A DNA stretch of 56,553 nucleotides from Nitrospirae bacterium JdFR-81 (lineage in GTDB: Bacteria > Nitrospirota > Thermodesulfovibrionia > UBA6902): assembly GCA_002011735.1 (NCBI GenBank), contig MTOQ01000013.1, forward strand, positions 1 through 56,553, given 5' to 3'. The position numbers and the translations under genes are program-made. Shown here one piece after another: positions 27,774 to 36,768 of this stretch (position 1 is its first letter; each line of letters opens with the position of its first letter). Below the pieces are notes generated by a model. The model saw nothing but the letters and a program-made list of their open reading frames with translations, made no database searches and was not told the origin of the DNA.

Positions 27774-29719
27774 TGAATATACTCTCCTATATCATAGTAA
27801 ACCTCCTTCTATATACATCCTGGTTTCTGCTACTGTTTAGGAAGAGGAAGGCCCTGTCATTTGTTGATAGGTTGACCGGGACATTCGTCCTCGCCCTCGC
27901 ACAGATAGTGCTCACAGAGATGCTCCTCGGGATCATATTCAGGAGGCTCCATATGATCCCCCTCATGGCACTGAATCTGGGCATTTCGTCCGTCATACTT
28001 ATCGCAGTTCTTAGAGCGATTGATGTTAAGACGGTCATTAATGAGATAAGGGATGAGGTCAGGGGGCTGGTCAGGCTGATCAGGGGTGATGTGATATTGC
28101 TCCTCGTCTTCACAGTCTTTGTCATCCTGATAGTCTATATCGTATTCCTTGGTTACCTCTTCCCCCCATACACATGGGATGGTCTGTGGTATCACCTGCC
28201 CATTGTGGGGCGCATAATCCAGAGCGGTGCGATCCAGGAATATCCTGCTCCGTTCATGATAGACCAGTTCATGAATATCTTTCCAAAGAATATAGAGCTC
28301 TTCTTTATCTGGCAGATCATATTCCTGAAGAGTGATCTCATCGTCGACCTCAGCCAGTTATTATTCGCCCTTGCTGGCATCCTCACAGTGTATAGTATCG
28401 CTGTCAAGATAGGCGTGGACAGGAGGTATGCCATATATTCGGGCCTCCTCTTCTTCTTCACCCCCATTATAATCCTCCAGTCAAAGGCCGCCTATGTGGA
28501 TGTTGCCGTCAGTGTCCTCTTCCTCATAGCCATCAACTTCCTTGTCCACAGGAGGGATGTAAAGACCACAACACCGTCCACACTCCTTGCAGGTGTTACA
28601 GCAGGCCTGCTCCTTGGCTCAAAGGGTTCAGGCCCGCTCTTTCTGATCACCATGTCCACGGTCATCCTTTTGAGGGAGTTACTGAGGTACCTCAACCCGT
28701 TCAAGCTATTCCACGGCAGGGTGGTAGACAGGAGGGAATTGAAGGGGAGGTTAGGGGGATACCTATTGTACTTCCTCATACCATCGATCCTGATAGGTGG
28801 ATACTGGTATATAAAGAACTGGGTGTTTTACGGGAACCCCGTCTATCCAATGGAGATATCCCTTATGAATGTCATCATCTTTAAGGGACTGTATGGCGGG
28901 ATAATCGATCCAGCGCCTGATGTGATCCTGAGGCTCTCTCCACTGGAGAGGCTGATCTATGTATGGCTTGAGAGGGTCAGGTATTACCTCTATGATTCGA
29001 GGTTCAGTGGCTTCGGCCCTATATGGTTTGTCCTCTCTCTGCCATCCATGACCTTCTGCCTCATCCGCTCCATGAGGAGGGGAAGGTTCGGTTTCCTCTT
29101 CATAGCCATGGTGCTGATCGTTACATTCATCCTCTATCCCAGGAACTGGAACACGAGGTATGTAATCTTTATAATCGGACTCGGTGCACTCTCCATCGGT
29201 ATGGTGCTTGAATATTTCAGTGATAGGATGATCCTCAAGATAATCACCCTTTCTCTGGTCTTGTATACCGCCCTCACATCAAACTCACCGGCCATCACGC
29301 CTGAGAAGATCGGGGAGTTTGTCCACCTCCCTCCGTCAAAAAGGGATATAGTTGAACATGACCCGTTTAATATACACCTGCAGGCAAGGCAGGAGTATGG
29401 ATACTGGAGGTGGATAAGGGAGAATGTGTCAGGGGGCGATACCCTTGTTTATACATTCGAGCCCCTGTTTCTGGCACCGTTATGGAACGGCTCATACACC
29501 AACAGGGTGGTCTATGTCAAGGCAGGATCATATGATGAATGGCTTAAGAGGCTTGAGGATGAAGGGGCCACACACATCCTGGTAAGGAGGAGATCGATTG
29601 AGGATAGGTGGATCAGGGATGAGTCTTTATCCCAGGACAGCCTGTCTGGAGGCCGGAGTAGAAGGTTTACCCTGCTCTATTCGGATGAAAACTACAGGAT
29701 ATACAGGCTTGTGCATTAG
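27773..29719 (+). CDS. Polytopic membrane protein, GT-C (ArnT/PMT-like) candidate
   Basis: More than 10 TM segments, PPYTWDGLWYHLP loop, YVD, GSKGSG, WYIKNWVFYGNP, RY motif. Confidence 0.6.
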   Translation: MNILSYIIVNLLLYTSWFLLLFRKRKALSFVDRLTGTFVLALAQIVLTEMLLGIIFRRLHMIPLMALNLGISSVILIAVLRAIDVKTVINEIRDEVRGLVRLIRGDVILLLVFTVFVILIVYIVFLGYLFPPYTWDGLWYHLPIVGRIIQSGAIQEYPAPFMIDQFMNIFPKNIELFFIWQIIFLKSDLIVDLSQLLFALAGILTVYSIAVKIGVDRRYAIYSGLLFFFTPIIILQSKAAYVDVAVSVLFLIAINFLVHRRDVKTTTPSTLLAGVTAGLLLGSKGSGPLFLITMSTVILLRELLRYLNPFKLFHGRVVDRRELKGRLGGYLLYFLIPSILIGGYWYIKNWVFYGNPVYPMEISLMNVIIFKGLYGGIIDPAPDVILRLSPLERLIYVWLERVRYYLYDSRFSGFGPIWFVLSLPSMTFCLIRSMRRGRFGFLFIAMVLIVTFILYPRNWNTRYVIFIIGLGALSIGMVLEYFSDRMILKIITLSLVLYTALTSNSPAITPEKIGEFVHLPPSKRDIVEHDPFNIHLQARQEYGYWRWIRENVSGGDTLVYTFEPLFLAPLWNGSYTNRVVYVKAGSYDEWLKRLEDEGATHILVRRRSIEDRWIRDESLSQDSLSGGRSRRFTLLYSDENYRIYRLVH

Positions 29720-29875
29720 ATGAAAAGGAAGAGGGACATACTCTTTCTCATATATTTATTGGTTATCATAGTCCTTGCCGTGATATACTTTACAGTGCCT
29801 GAGAGGAGGATGTTCCTTGAAGACCAGATCGAACGGTACCGCGAGTTTTTCAGGCTTGTGAGGTCGCTTGTATAA
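29720..29875 (+). CDS. 51-aa single-pass membrane protein (not in the ORF track)
   Basis: MKRKRDILFLIYLLVIIVLAVIYFTVPERRMFLEDQIERYREFFRLVRSLV*; abuts the upstream stop and overlaps the next start. Confidence 0.7.
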   Translation: MKRKRDILFLIYLLVIIVLAVIYFTVPERRMFLEDQIERYREFFRLVRSLV

Positions 29876-30560
29876 GGTGCGTATAGCAGTAATAATACCG
29901 GCCCTTAATGAAGAGAAGACCCTCCCCCGTGTCCTGGGTGACATCCCGCGTGATCTTGTTGATGAGGTGGTGGTTGTTGACAATGGCAGCACCGACAGGA
30001 CGCCCGAGATAGCGAGGCAGTGGGGGGCCACGGTGCTCTTTGAGTCAAGGAGGGGATATGGCTATCCCTGCCTGAGGGCCATAGAGTATCTCAAGGGGAG
30101 GGAACCTGATATAGTGGTGTTCCTTGATGGTAACTACAGCGATCACCCTGATGAGATGGAGGTGCTTATAAGGCCGATTATGGAGGAGGGCTATGACCTC
30201 GTCCTTGGCTCAAGGGTGATGGGAGAGGCAGAGGAGGGGGCACTCAGGTTGCCTGTCCGTTTTGGCAACGGGCTTGCGACCTTCCTTATAAGGATACTCT
30301 ACGGATTCAGATACACAGACCTTGGCCCATTCAGGGCGATAAGGTTCAAGAGGTTGCTTGAGCTGGATATGGGAGACAACCTTGGCTGGACAGTGGAGAT
30401 GCAGGTCAAGGCCGTTAAGAGGGGATTCAGGATAAAGGAGGTCCCTGTGAGCTATCGCAGGGGCACGGGGCGGTCAAAGTTTACAGGAGATATCAGGGGT
30501 ATATTCCGTATCGGATACAGGATACTGAGGGCGGTCTTCAGAAACCTAACCTTCCATTAA
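29868..30560 (+). CDS. GT2, polyprenol-phosphate glycosyltransferase (DPM-synthase-like)
   Basis: IIPALNEE, VVDNGSTD, GYG, DLVLGSR, TDLGPFRAI, GWTVEMQ, EVPVSYR. Confidence 0.85.
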   Translation: MYKVRIAVIIPALNEEKTLPRVLGDIPRDLVDEVVVVDNGSTDRTPEIARQWGATVLFESRRGYGYPCLRAIEYLKGREPDIVVFLDGNYSDHPDEMEVLIRPIMEEGYDLVLGSRVMGEAEEGALRLPVRFGNGLATFLIRILYGFRYTDLGPFRAIRFKRLLELDMGDNLGWTVEMQVKAVKRGFRIKEVPVSYRRGTGRSKFTGDIRGIFRIGYRILRAVFRNLTFH

Positions 30561-31127
30561 CAGCTCTATCAATCTCTTCATCTCATCAGTATCCCATTCC
30601 CTGTAACCAACGCTCAGGCCGATCAGTCTACCTTCTCTGTCGATGAGGAACTTTGTCGGTGTTGACCTTACCCTGTAGAGCATGCTCACCCTTGCATCGC
30701 TGTCAAGGAGGTTGGGGTATGTGATCCCGTGCCTCTTGAGGAGGGCCGAGACCCTGTCCCTCTCCTCCTCTATATCTATGCCGATGATGACAAATGCTCT
30801 GCCCTCAAAGTGCTGATAGAGCCTCTCAAGGGAAGGCAACTCCTTCCTGCACCATGGTCACCATGTGGCCCAGAAGCTCAGCAGGATCACATTACCCCTG
30901 TACTCCCTCAGGTTCACCATGCGTCCATCGATGGACAGGAGTTCAAACTCAGGGGCAGGTGTGGCCTCATCAATGGGCACGATATTCATTGAGTTCATTA
31001 ACTCTGACAGGGGTCCTCCTGCTGTGTCCCTGGCCTTTCCTGGGCCCTGTTTCTCCTCACACCCATGGAGTGATGCAAAGATGATGAGGATGATGGTTAT
31101 GTGGAGGAATCTATTGATTATCCGCAT
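30546..31127 (-). CDS. TlpA/ResA-like thioredoxin lipoprotein, predicted selenoprotein (Sec at codon 90, UxxC)
   Basis: Track ORFs 30858-31214 and 30546-30839 are one frame: APEFEL..G.V.L.EYRG.VILLSFWATW-TGA-PWCRKELPSLE...YRVRSTPTKFLIDREG. Lipobox LHGC after ATG 31127. Confidence 0.85.
30831..30847 (-). promoter_or_regulatory. Candidate bacterial SECIS hairpin
   Basis: GGAAGG-AGUUG-CCUUCC starts 11 nt after the UGA; the loop begins 16 nt from the UGA with G in second position. Confidence 0.55.
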
Positions 31128-31140
31128 ATTATAAAGGCTC

Positions 31141-32346
31141 TTAAGTGCCGACAGGCTGGCCCTCTGTCGAGGCGGCTGCCTTTGCCTTCTGGCGGGCTGC
31201 CTTCTTTGCCTCAAAGGCCATCTTGACCTCAGGATAGTTGATCGTCCCCTCTATGGCAAGCACAGGACATTTTGATGTGCAGATGCCACATCCAATGCAC
31301 CTCTCCTGGTCTATTACATGCCTCTTCTTCCTCTCGCCTGATGCCGCATTCACAGGGCAGACCTTGGTGCATGTGGTGCAGCCGATACATTTCTCTGTGA
31401 CATGGGCCTTTGGCCTTTGTGGTATGTAGTCCATTATCGCATTTGTGGGGCACTTCCTGACACACAGACCGCATACCTTGCACTTATCAAGGTTTATCCT
31501 GGAGAGGTTATCAGCCATCTCAGCCGCATTGTATGGACAGACCTTCACGCACATACCGCAGCCGATACAACCTATAAGGCAGTTCTTCTTTGTCACCGCA
31601 CCCTTGTCCTTTGAATGGCACCTCACAAGCACCTCTTTTGCAAGGGGCAGTATCTCTATGACATTCTTTGGGCACGCCTTTGCACAATTCCCGCAGGCGG
31701 TGCACTTTGAGGGGTCAACAACAGGGATGCCATCATCACCCATCTTTATCGCATCAAACGGGCATGCCTTTACACATGTCCCGTAACCAAGACACCCGTA
31801 TACACAGGACTTGTCCCCTCCACTGGCAAGCACCGCTGCCCTGCAGTCGAGGATACCCTCATACTTGAACCTCCTTGTGGCCTTTGACGAGCCACCCTGA
31901 CACATCACCCTGGCGATCTTTGGCTCTGTCTCAGCGACCTCCTTACCTGTTATGATGGCTATTGCCTTTGCAGTCGGCTCCCTTCCAGGGGCGCATAGGT
32001 TTGGTGGCACATTCGGATCAGCGACAACCGCCTCTGCATACTGCCTGCAACCAGGATAGCCGCATGCCCCGCAGTGTGCATGGGCGAGTACATCCAGCAC
32101 CTGTTCAACCCTCGGGTCTGTCTTTACATCGAACTTCTTTGCGGCAAAGGCAAGGCCAAGGCCAAAGAGCGCACTTATGCCTGCCATGAAGATGGCGGCA
32201 AACTTGAGGACAGCCACAAGGTCAACACTCTCCTTTGCCTCCACACCACCACCAACGCCTGCATAAATGGTGGGGCTCCAGCATAGCAGTAGCACGATGG
32301 TGATAGCGAATATCATTACCCCTCTATGGCCCTTCATCTCCAACAC
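31141..32346 (-). CDS. rnfB: RnfB, long polyferredoxin form
   Basis: DPRVEQV..L...CGACGYPGC, C.YGCLGYGTC...CPF and five further CxxCxxCxxxCP motifs. Confidence 0.9.
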   Translation of the reverse strand: MLEMKGHRGVMIFAITIVLLLCWSPTIYAGVGGGVEAKESVDLVAVLKFAAIFMAGISALFGLGLAFAAKKFDVKTDPRVEQVLDVLAHAHCGACGYPGCRQYAEAVVADPNVPPNLCAPGREPTAKAIAIITGKEVAETEPKIARVMCQGGSSKATRRFKYEGILDCRAAVLASGGDKSCVYGCLGYGTCVKACPFDAIKMGDDGIPVVDPSKCTACGNCAKACPKNVIEILPLAKEVLVRCHSKDKGAVTKKNCLIGCIGCGMCVKVCPYNAAEMADNLSRINLDKCKVCGLCVRKCPTNAIMDYIPQRPKAHVTEKCIGCTTCTKVCPVNAASGERKKRHVIDQERCIGCGICTSKCPVLAIEGTINYPEVKMAFEAKKAARQKAKAAASTEGQPVGT

Positions 32347-32352
32347 CCTTCC

Positions 32353-32940
32353 CTAAAGCCTTATCAGGCCCGAAAACCCCGTGAATGCAAGGGATATAAG
32401 CCCTGCTGTTATGAATGCTATCGGCAGTCCCCTGAAGGGGACAGGGACATCGGCAAGCTCGAGTTTTTCACGGATGCTCGCCATGATGACAAGTGCAAGG
32501 GCGAAGCCGAGCCCTGAGCCAAGGCCAAAGGATATGCTCTCCAGGAAGTTATAGCCCTCACCGGCATTTATCAGCGGGACCGCAAGGATGATACAGTTTG
32601 TCGTTATGAGTGCGAGGTACACACCAAGTTTATAATACAGTGTGGGACTCACCTTCTTCATTATCGTATCTGCAGACTGAACAAAGGCAGCCACTATACC
32701 TATGAATATGATTATCTTCAGGAATGTTATATCAAGCGGGACCATCACCTGTGTGAACACGACCCAGCTCAGTGCAGCACTGACGACCATGACAGATGTA
32801 AAGGTGATGCTCATCCCCACCGCGGTCTCCATCTTCTTTGAGACACCGAAGAAGATGCAGAGGCCAAGGAACCTTGTGAAGACAAAGTTATTTATGAGTG
32901 ATGCGGCTATCAGCAGTTCAAAGAGCTTTCCAAATTCCAT
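32353..32940 (-). CDS. rnfA: RnfA
   Basis: NNFVFTRFLGLC.FFGVS, LITTNC, IREKL, AFTGF. Confidence 0.93.
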   Translation of the reverse strand: MEFGKLFELLIAASLINNFVFTRFLGLCIFFGVSKKMETAVGMSITFTSVMVVSAALSWVVFTQVMVPLDITFLKIIIFIGIVAAFVQSADTIMKKVSPTLYYKLGVYLALITTNCIILAVPLINAGEGYNFLESISFGLGSGLGFALALVIMASIREKLELADVPVPFRGLPIAFITAGLISLAFTGFSGLIRL

Positions 32941-32951
32941 GGTTCATCCTC

Positions 32952-33584
32952 CTATGCAGCGCCTGAGGCACCCTTGCCTCCATAGAACCTTATATCGATC
33001 CAGTTAAAGAAGCCCATGAGCAGGCCAACGGCAAGGAAGCCTCCTGCAGGTAGTATCATAATAAGCAATGGCTTGCCGGCCACTATCTTGAGTCCATAGA
33101 GCGTGCCCTTGCCAAGCAGTTCCCTGAAGAAGCTGATGATTATCATCGCAAGGAGGAACCCTATGCCCATACCGAGGCCGTCAAAGAATGACTTATCAAG
33201 ACGGTTCTTGCTTGCAAAGACCTCGGCCCTTGCGAATATGGATGCAAAGGCCACGATGATCTGGATGTATAGCCCTATCTCCCTGTATGCCTCCCTCGCA
33301 TACGCAGCCATGACCATATCGATGATGCTCACATACCCTGCGATGATGAACATGAATATAGGGATACGGATCTTCGGATGGATGAACTTCCTGAGGGCGG
33401 ATACAGTGACGTTAACCATCACCTGGACGAAGACCACTGCCAGACCGAGTGTGATACCGTTCTTCAGGCTGTTTGTAACGGCGATTGATGGACACAGGCT
33501 TATCGCCATCCTGAATATGGTGTTCTCACCAAATATGCCGTTCTTGAATATCTCCCAGTTACCCTTTTCCCTTATCAGACTCAT
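32952..33584 (-). CDS. rnfE: RnfE
   Basis: GIFGEN, LCP..AVT, IRIP, DGLGMG.GF, RELLG.GT, LPAGGF. Confidence 0.9.
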   Translation of the reverse strand: MSLIREKGNWEIFKNGIFGENTIFRMAISLCPSIAVTNSLKNGITLGLAVVFVQVMVNVTVSALRKFIHPKIRIPIFMFIIAGYVSIIDMVMAAYAREAYREIGLYIQIIVAFASIFARAEVFASKNRLDKSFFDGLGMGIGFLLAMIIISFFRELLGKGTLYGLKIVAGKPLLIMILPAGGFLAVGLLMGFFNWIDIRFYGGKGASGAA

Positions 33585-33633
33585 TTAAAACCTCGTAAAT
33601 TTAATTTTAAGATTATCTTAGCAAAATATCAAA

Positions 33634-34287
33634 TTAGCCATGCCCCTCTGACACACTCTCGGGCTTACCACCCTTTATCATTATGACGGCGTTCCTGACC
33701 GCATCCTCGGTAACCGCACGGCTTGAGATGGTGGCACCAGTGATCGCCTGTATATCCTCCTTTGTCTCACCCTTCACCACGACAAGGTGCTCAACCGTCT
33801 TGCCATTGAACTGGTTCAGGAAGTAGTCCCTCTCTATCTCATCCCCCAGCCCTGGTGTCTCGGCATGGTGGAGGATGTTCACCTTCCTGACCACATAGTT
33901 GTTGTCCACTGCCACGAGGACATTTATATAGCTTGAATAGCCCTTCCCATAGCTCTCCACTATATACCCGATCGGTGTCCCATCGATACACTCCTTGACC
34001 TCCCTCTCCACCCCTGTCTTTTCATCCTTGACCATCCGGATGTTGAGCTTGCCACACTTCTTTGCCACATAGTATTCTGCGTGTTTCTCATGGGGCTCCC
34101 AGTCACCAAGCTTCTCTATTATATCGGCCTCAGGCGACATGGTCTTCAGTGCTGCCTGCTTCTCCTCCTGGGCCTTCCTGTACATTACAGGTGAGGCCTT
34201 TGAATAGACGAATGCTATGAGGAGCCCGCCAAGCACATATACGATCACGAGATTGAGGGTTATCTTTAACATATCAATGGGCCTCAT
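33634..34287 (-). CDS. rnfG: RnfG (FMN-binding)
   Basis: N-terminal TM, KGYS, HAETPGLG, ITGATISS flavinylation motif. Confidence 0.9.
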   Translation of the reverse strand: MRPIDMLKITLNLVIVYVLGGLLIAFVYSKASPVMYRKAQEEKQAALKTMSPEADIIEKLGDWEPHEKHAEYYVAKKCGKLNIRMVKDEKTGVEREVKECIDGTPIGYIVESYGKGYSSYINVLVAVDNNYVVRKVNILHHAETPGLGDEIERDYFLNQFNGKTVEHLVVVKGETKEDIQAITGATISSRAVTEDAVRNAVIMIKGGKPESVSEGHG

Positions 34288-35294
34288 CTCTTCTTCTCCT
34301 TTACGGCACCAAAGAGTTCAGGCTTTACATTCCTGTCGATCAATGGGGCAAAACAGTTCATCAGGAGTATTGCGAACATGACACCCTCAGGGAAACCGCC
34401 CTTGAGACGGATGAGCATAGTGATGGCACCACAGCCTATACCAAAGATTATCTGCCCCTTCCTTATGGTTGGGCATGTCACATAGTCTGTAGCCATAAAG
34501 AATGCACCCAGTATGAGACCACCGCTCAGGAGGTGTATAAGCGGGTCTCCTGTGAAGAGCCCCTCTTTGCCGCCAAAGACCCAAGCGAGTATGGCGACTG
34601 TTGAGAGGAATGATATGGGTATATGCCAGGTGATGTACCTCTTATAGAGCAGATATGCGGCACCGATGAGCAGGAGGATCACCGATGTCTCACCAAGGGA
34701 GCCTGCCCTGTTCCCAAAGAGCAGGTTTATATAGAGGTCCCCTTTACTGCCGAACTCCTCGATCAGCTTGTTAATCCCTTCTTCCTTTAGTATACCGAGC
34801 GGGGTTGCTGTGGTCTTTGCATCAAGGGCAGTAAACTGGGCTGTTGGTGCACTCCATGTGGTCATCGCCCTTGGCCATGTTATGAGCAGGAACGCCCTGC
34901 CGATAAGGGCAGGGTTAAAGATGTTATAACCGAGGCCACCAAAGAGCTGTTTTGTTATCACAACTGCCACAACAGAACCCACAATAGGGATATAAAACGG
35001 CACAGATGGCGGCAGGTTCATCCCCAGCAGCAGCCCTGTAAGGAATGCACTCCCGTCACTTATGGTGATCTGCCTCTTCAGGGCCTTCTGGAAGAGATAC
35101 TCAGACAGGACAGAGCTTATTATACACAGTGCTGTGACAAAGACGGCCCTCGGTCCAAAGTAATAGAATGAGGCGATCAGGGCAGGCATGAGGGAGAGGT
35201 TCACACTCCACATGATGCGGCCCACCGTCTCCCTGTCCCTCACATGAGGGCTCACGGAGACTATGAGTGGATGTCTCTTCTGTTCAACAGCCAT
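34284..35294 (-). CDS. rnfD: RnfD
   Basis: SPH, DGSAFLTG, KQLFGGLG.NIFNPA, TATPL, GSLGETS, GAFFMATD, PEGV.FA. Confidence 0.94.
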   Translation of the reverse strand: MAVEQKRHPLIVSVSPHVRDRETVGRIMWSVNLSLMPALIASFYYFGPRAVFVTALCIISSVLSEYLFQKALKRQITISDGSAFLTGLLLGMNLPPSVPFYIPIVGSVVAVVITKQLFGGLGYNIFNPALIGRAFLLITWPRAMTTWSAPTAQFTALDAKTTATPLGILKEEGINKLIEEFGSKGDLYINLLFGNRAGSLGETSVILLLIGAAYLLYKRYITWHIPISFLSTVAILAWVFGGKEGLFTGDPLIHLLSGGLILGAFFMATDYVTCPTIRKGQIIFGIGCGAITMLIRLKGGFPEGVMFAILLMNCFAPLIDRNVKPELFGAVKEKKR

Positions 35295-35306
35295 CTCTTC
35301 TACTTT

Positions 35307-36620
35307 TTACGGCTTTGTCTGTGACTTTGCCAGCCTTATAAACTGCACAATCGGCCTCTTTGACGGGCATATGAAGGCACACGACCCACACTCAAAGCAA
35401 TCAAAGAGGTTATATTCCTTTGCCTCTTCATAATGCCCCTTCTCAGAGAGGATGCTCAGCATGGATGGGTTGAGACCCATCGGACAGACATCTATGCACC
35501 TGCCACACCTTATGCAGGCAAAATACTCCTCTGACGGGAAGAACTCCTCCTCTGTCTGGACAAGCACCCCTGATGTGCCCTTGACAACAGGCACATCAAG
35601 GCTCCACTGTGCAAAACCCATCATCGGCCCACCGACTATCACCTTGACCGCCCCGTCCACGAGCCCCCCACAGTCCTCGATCAGCTCTGAGAGCATCATC
35701 CCAATCCTCACCTTCAGGTTCTTTGGCTCCCTTACACCCCTTCCGGTTACCGTTACCACCCTCTCTATAAGGGGTTTTCTGTATCTGACGGCCTCATAAA
35801 TGGCAACCGCTGTGCCGACATTCTGCACCACAACACCCACATCCATTGGTAGCCCACCCTTTGGAGGCACCTCCCTGCCTGTTATCGCCTTTATGAGCAT
35901 CTTCTCGGCACCCTGTGGGTACTTCACCTTTAGCTGTCTGACGTCTATGTCTCCCTCACCGACCGTGGCATCCTTCATCACCTTGATGGCATCAGGCTTA
36001 TTCATCTCTATGCCTATAAACCCCCTTGGTACACCAAGTGCCCTCATTATGATCTTCAGGCCATTGACCACATCCTCTGGCCGTTCAACCATCAGTCTGT
36101 GGTCAGCAGTAAGGTAGGGTTCACACTCTGCACCATTGAGGATGACCGTGTCGATCGGCTTCTCCTTTGGAGGAGAAAGCTTTACGCTTGTGGGGAAGGC
36201 TGCACCACCAAGGCCCACTATCCCTGCATCCCTGATGAGGGCCTTTATCTCATCAGGGGGGAGGTTCAGATAATCAGGGTTGTCCTCAAGGGGGAGTGGT
36301 TCGTCCTTACCATCACTCTCTATGACAATTGAGGGGACCATCCTTCCAGATGGATGGAGGAAATCGGATATGGCTATGACCTTCCCTGAGATGGATGCAT
36401 GCACAGGTGCAGAGACAAAGCCAGGGGGAGAGCCTATCATCTGGTATCTCTTAACCTCTTCGCCTATATTCACCTCGGGCTTTGCAGGTGCACCTATGTG
36501 CTGGCTCAATGGGATCACCACACGCCTTGGAAGGTGGGCACTCTCGATAGGCTTATGGGCGGTGAGCTCCTTTGATTCATGTGGATGCACACCACGCTCG
36601 AATGTATCGGCCTTAACCAT
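35307..36620 (-). CDS. rnfC: RnfC
   Basis: QHIGAP, AGIVGLGGAAFP, NGAECEPYLTAD, KYPQGAEK, GGPMMG, two 4Fe-4S motifs. Confidence 0.95.
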   Translation of the reverse strand: MVKADTFERGVHPHESKELTAHKPIESAHLPRRVVIPLSQHIGAPAKPEVNIGEEVKRYQMIGSPPGFVSAPVHASISGKVIAISDFLHPSGRMVPSIVIESDGKDEPLPLEDNPDYLNLPPDEIKALIRDAGIVGLGGAAFPTSVKLSPPKEKPIDTVILNGAECEPYLTADHRLMVERPEDVVNGLKIIMRALGVPRGFIGIEMNKPDAIKVMKDATVGEGDIDVRQLKVKYPQGAEKMLIKAITGREVPPKGGLPMDVGVVVQNVGTAVAIYEAVRYRKPLIERVVTVTGRGVREPKNLKVRIGMMLSELIEDCGGLVDGAVKVIVGGPMMGFAQWSLDVPVVKGTSGVLVQTEEEFFPSEEYFACIRCGRCIDVCPMGLNPSMLSILSEKGHYEEAKEYNLFDCFECGSCAFICPSKRPIVQFIRLAKSQTKP

Positions 36621-36663
36621 AATAGCCCTTCCTCCCTCGAGGGTCTGGAGAAAAAATCTGCAA

Positions 36664-36693
36664 AGAATAACATTTAAAATAAAATTCTGTCAA
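36664..36693 (-). promoter_or_regulatory. Sigma70 promoter of the rnf operon
   Basis: Minus strand TTGACA-N18-TATTCT with extended TG. Confidence 0.5.
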
Positions 36694-36768
36694 CACCACC
36701 CCCCTCTCTGTTCTGGATGGGGATGGCCTCGGTTTACAACATCAGATTTTTAGAGTTATAATGAAATA

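Noticed and set aside
31128-31214. N-terminal extension of track ORF 30858-31214
   Set aside because: It overlaps the rnfB 3' end; ATG 31127 gives a proper lipoprotein signal peptide.
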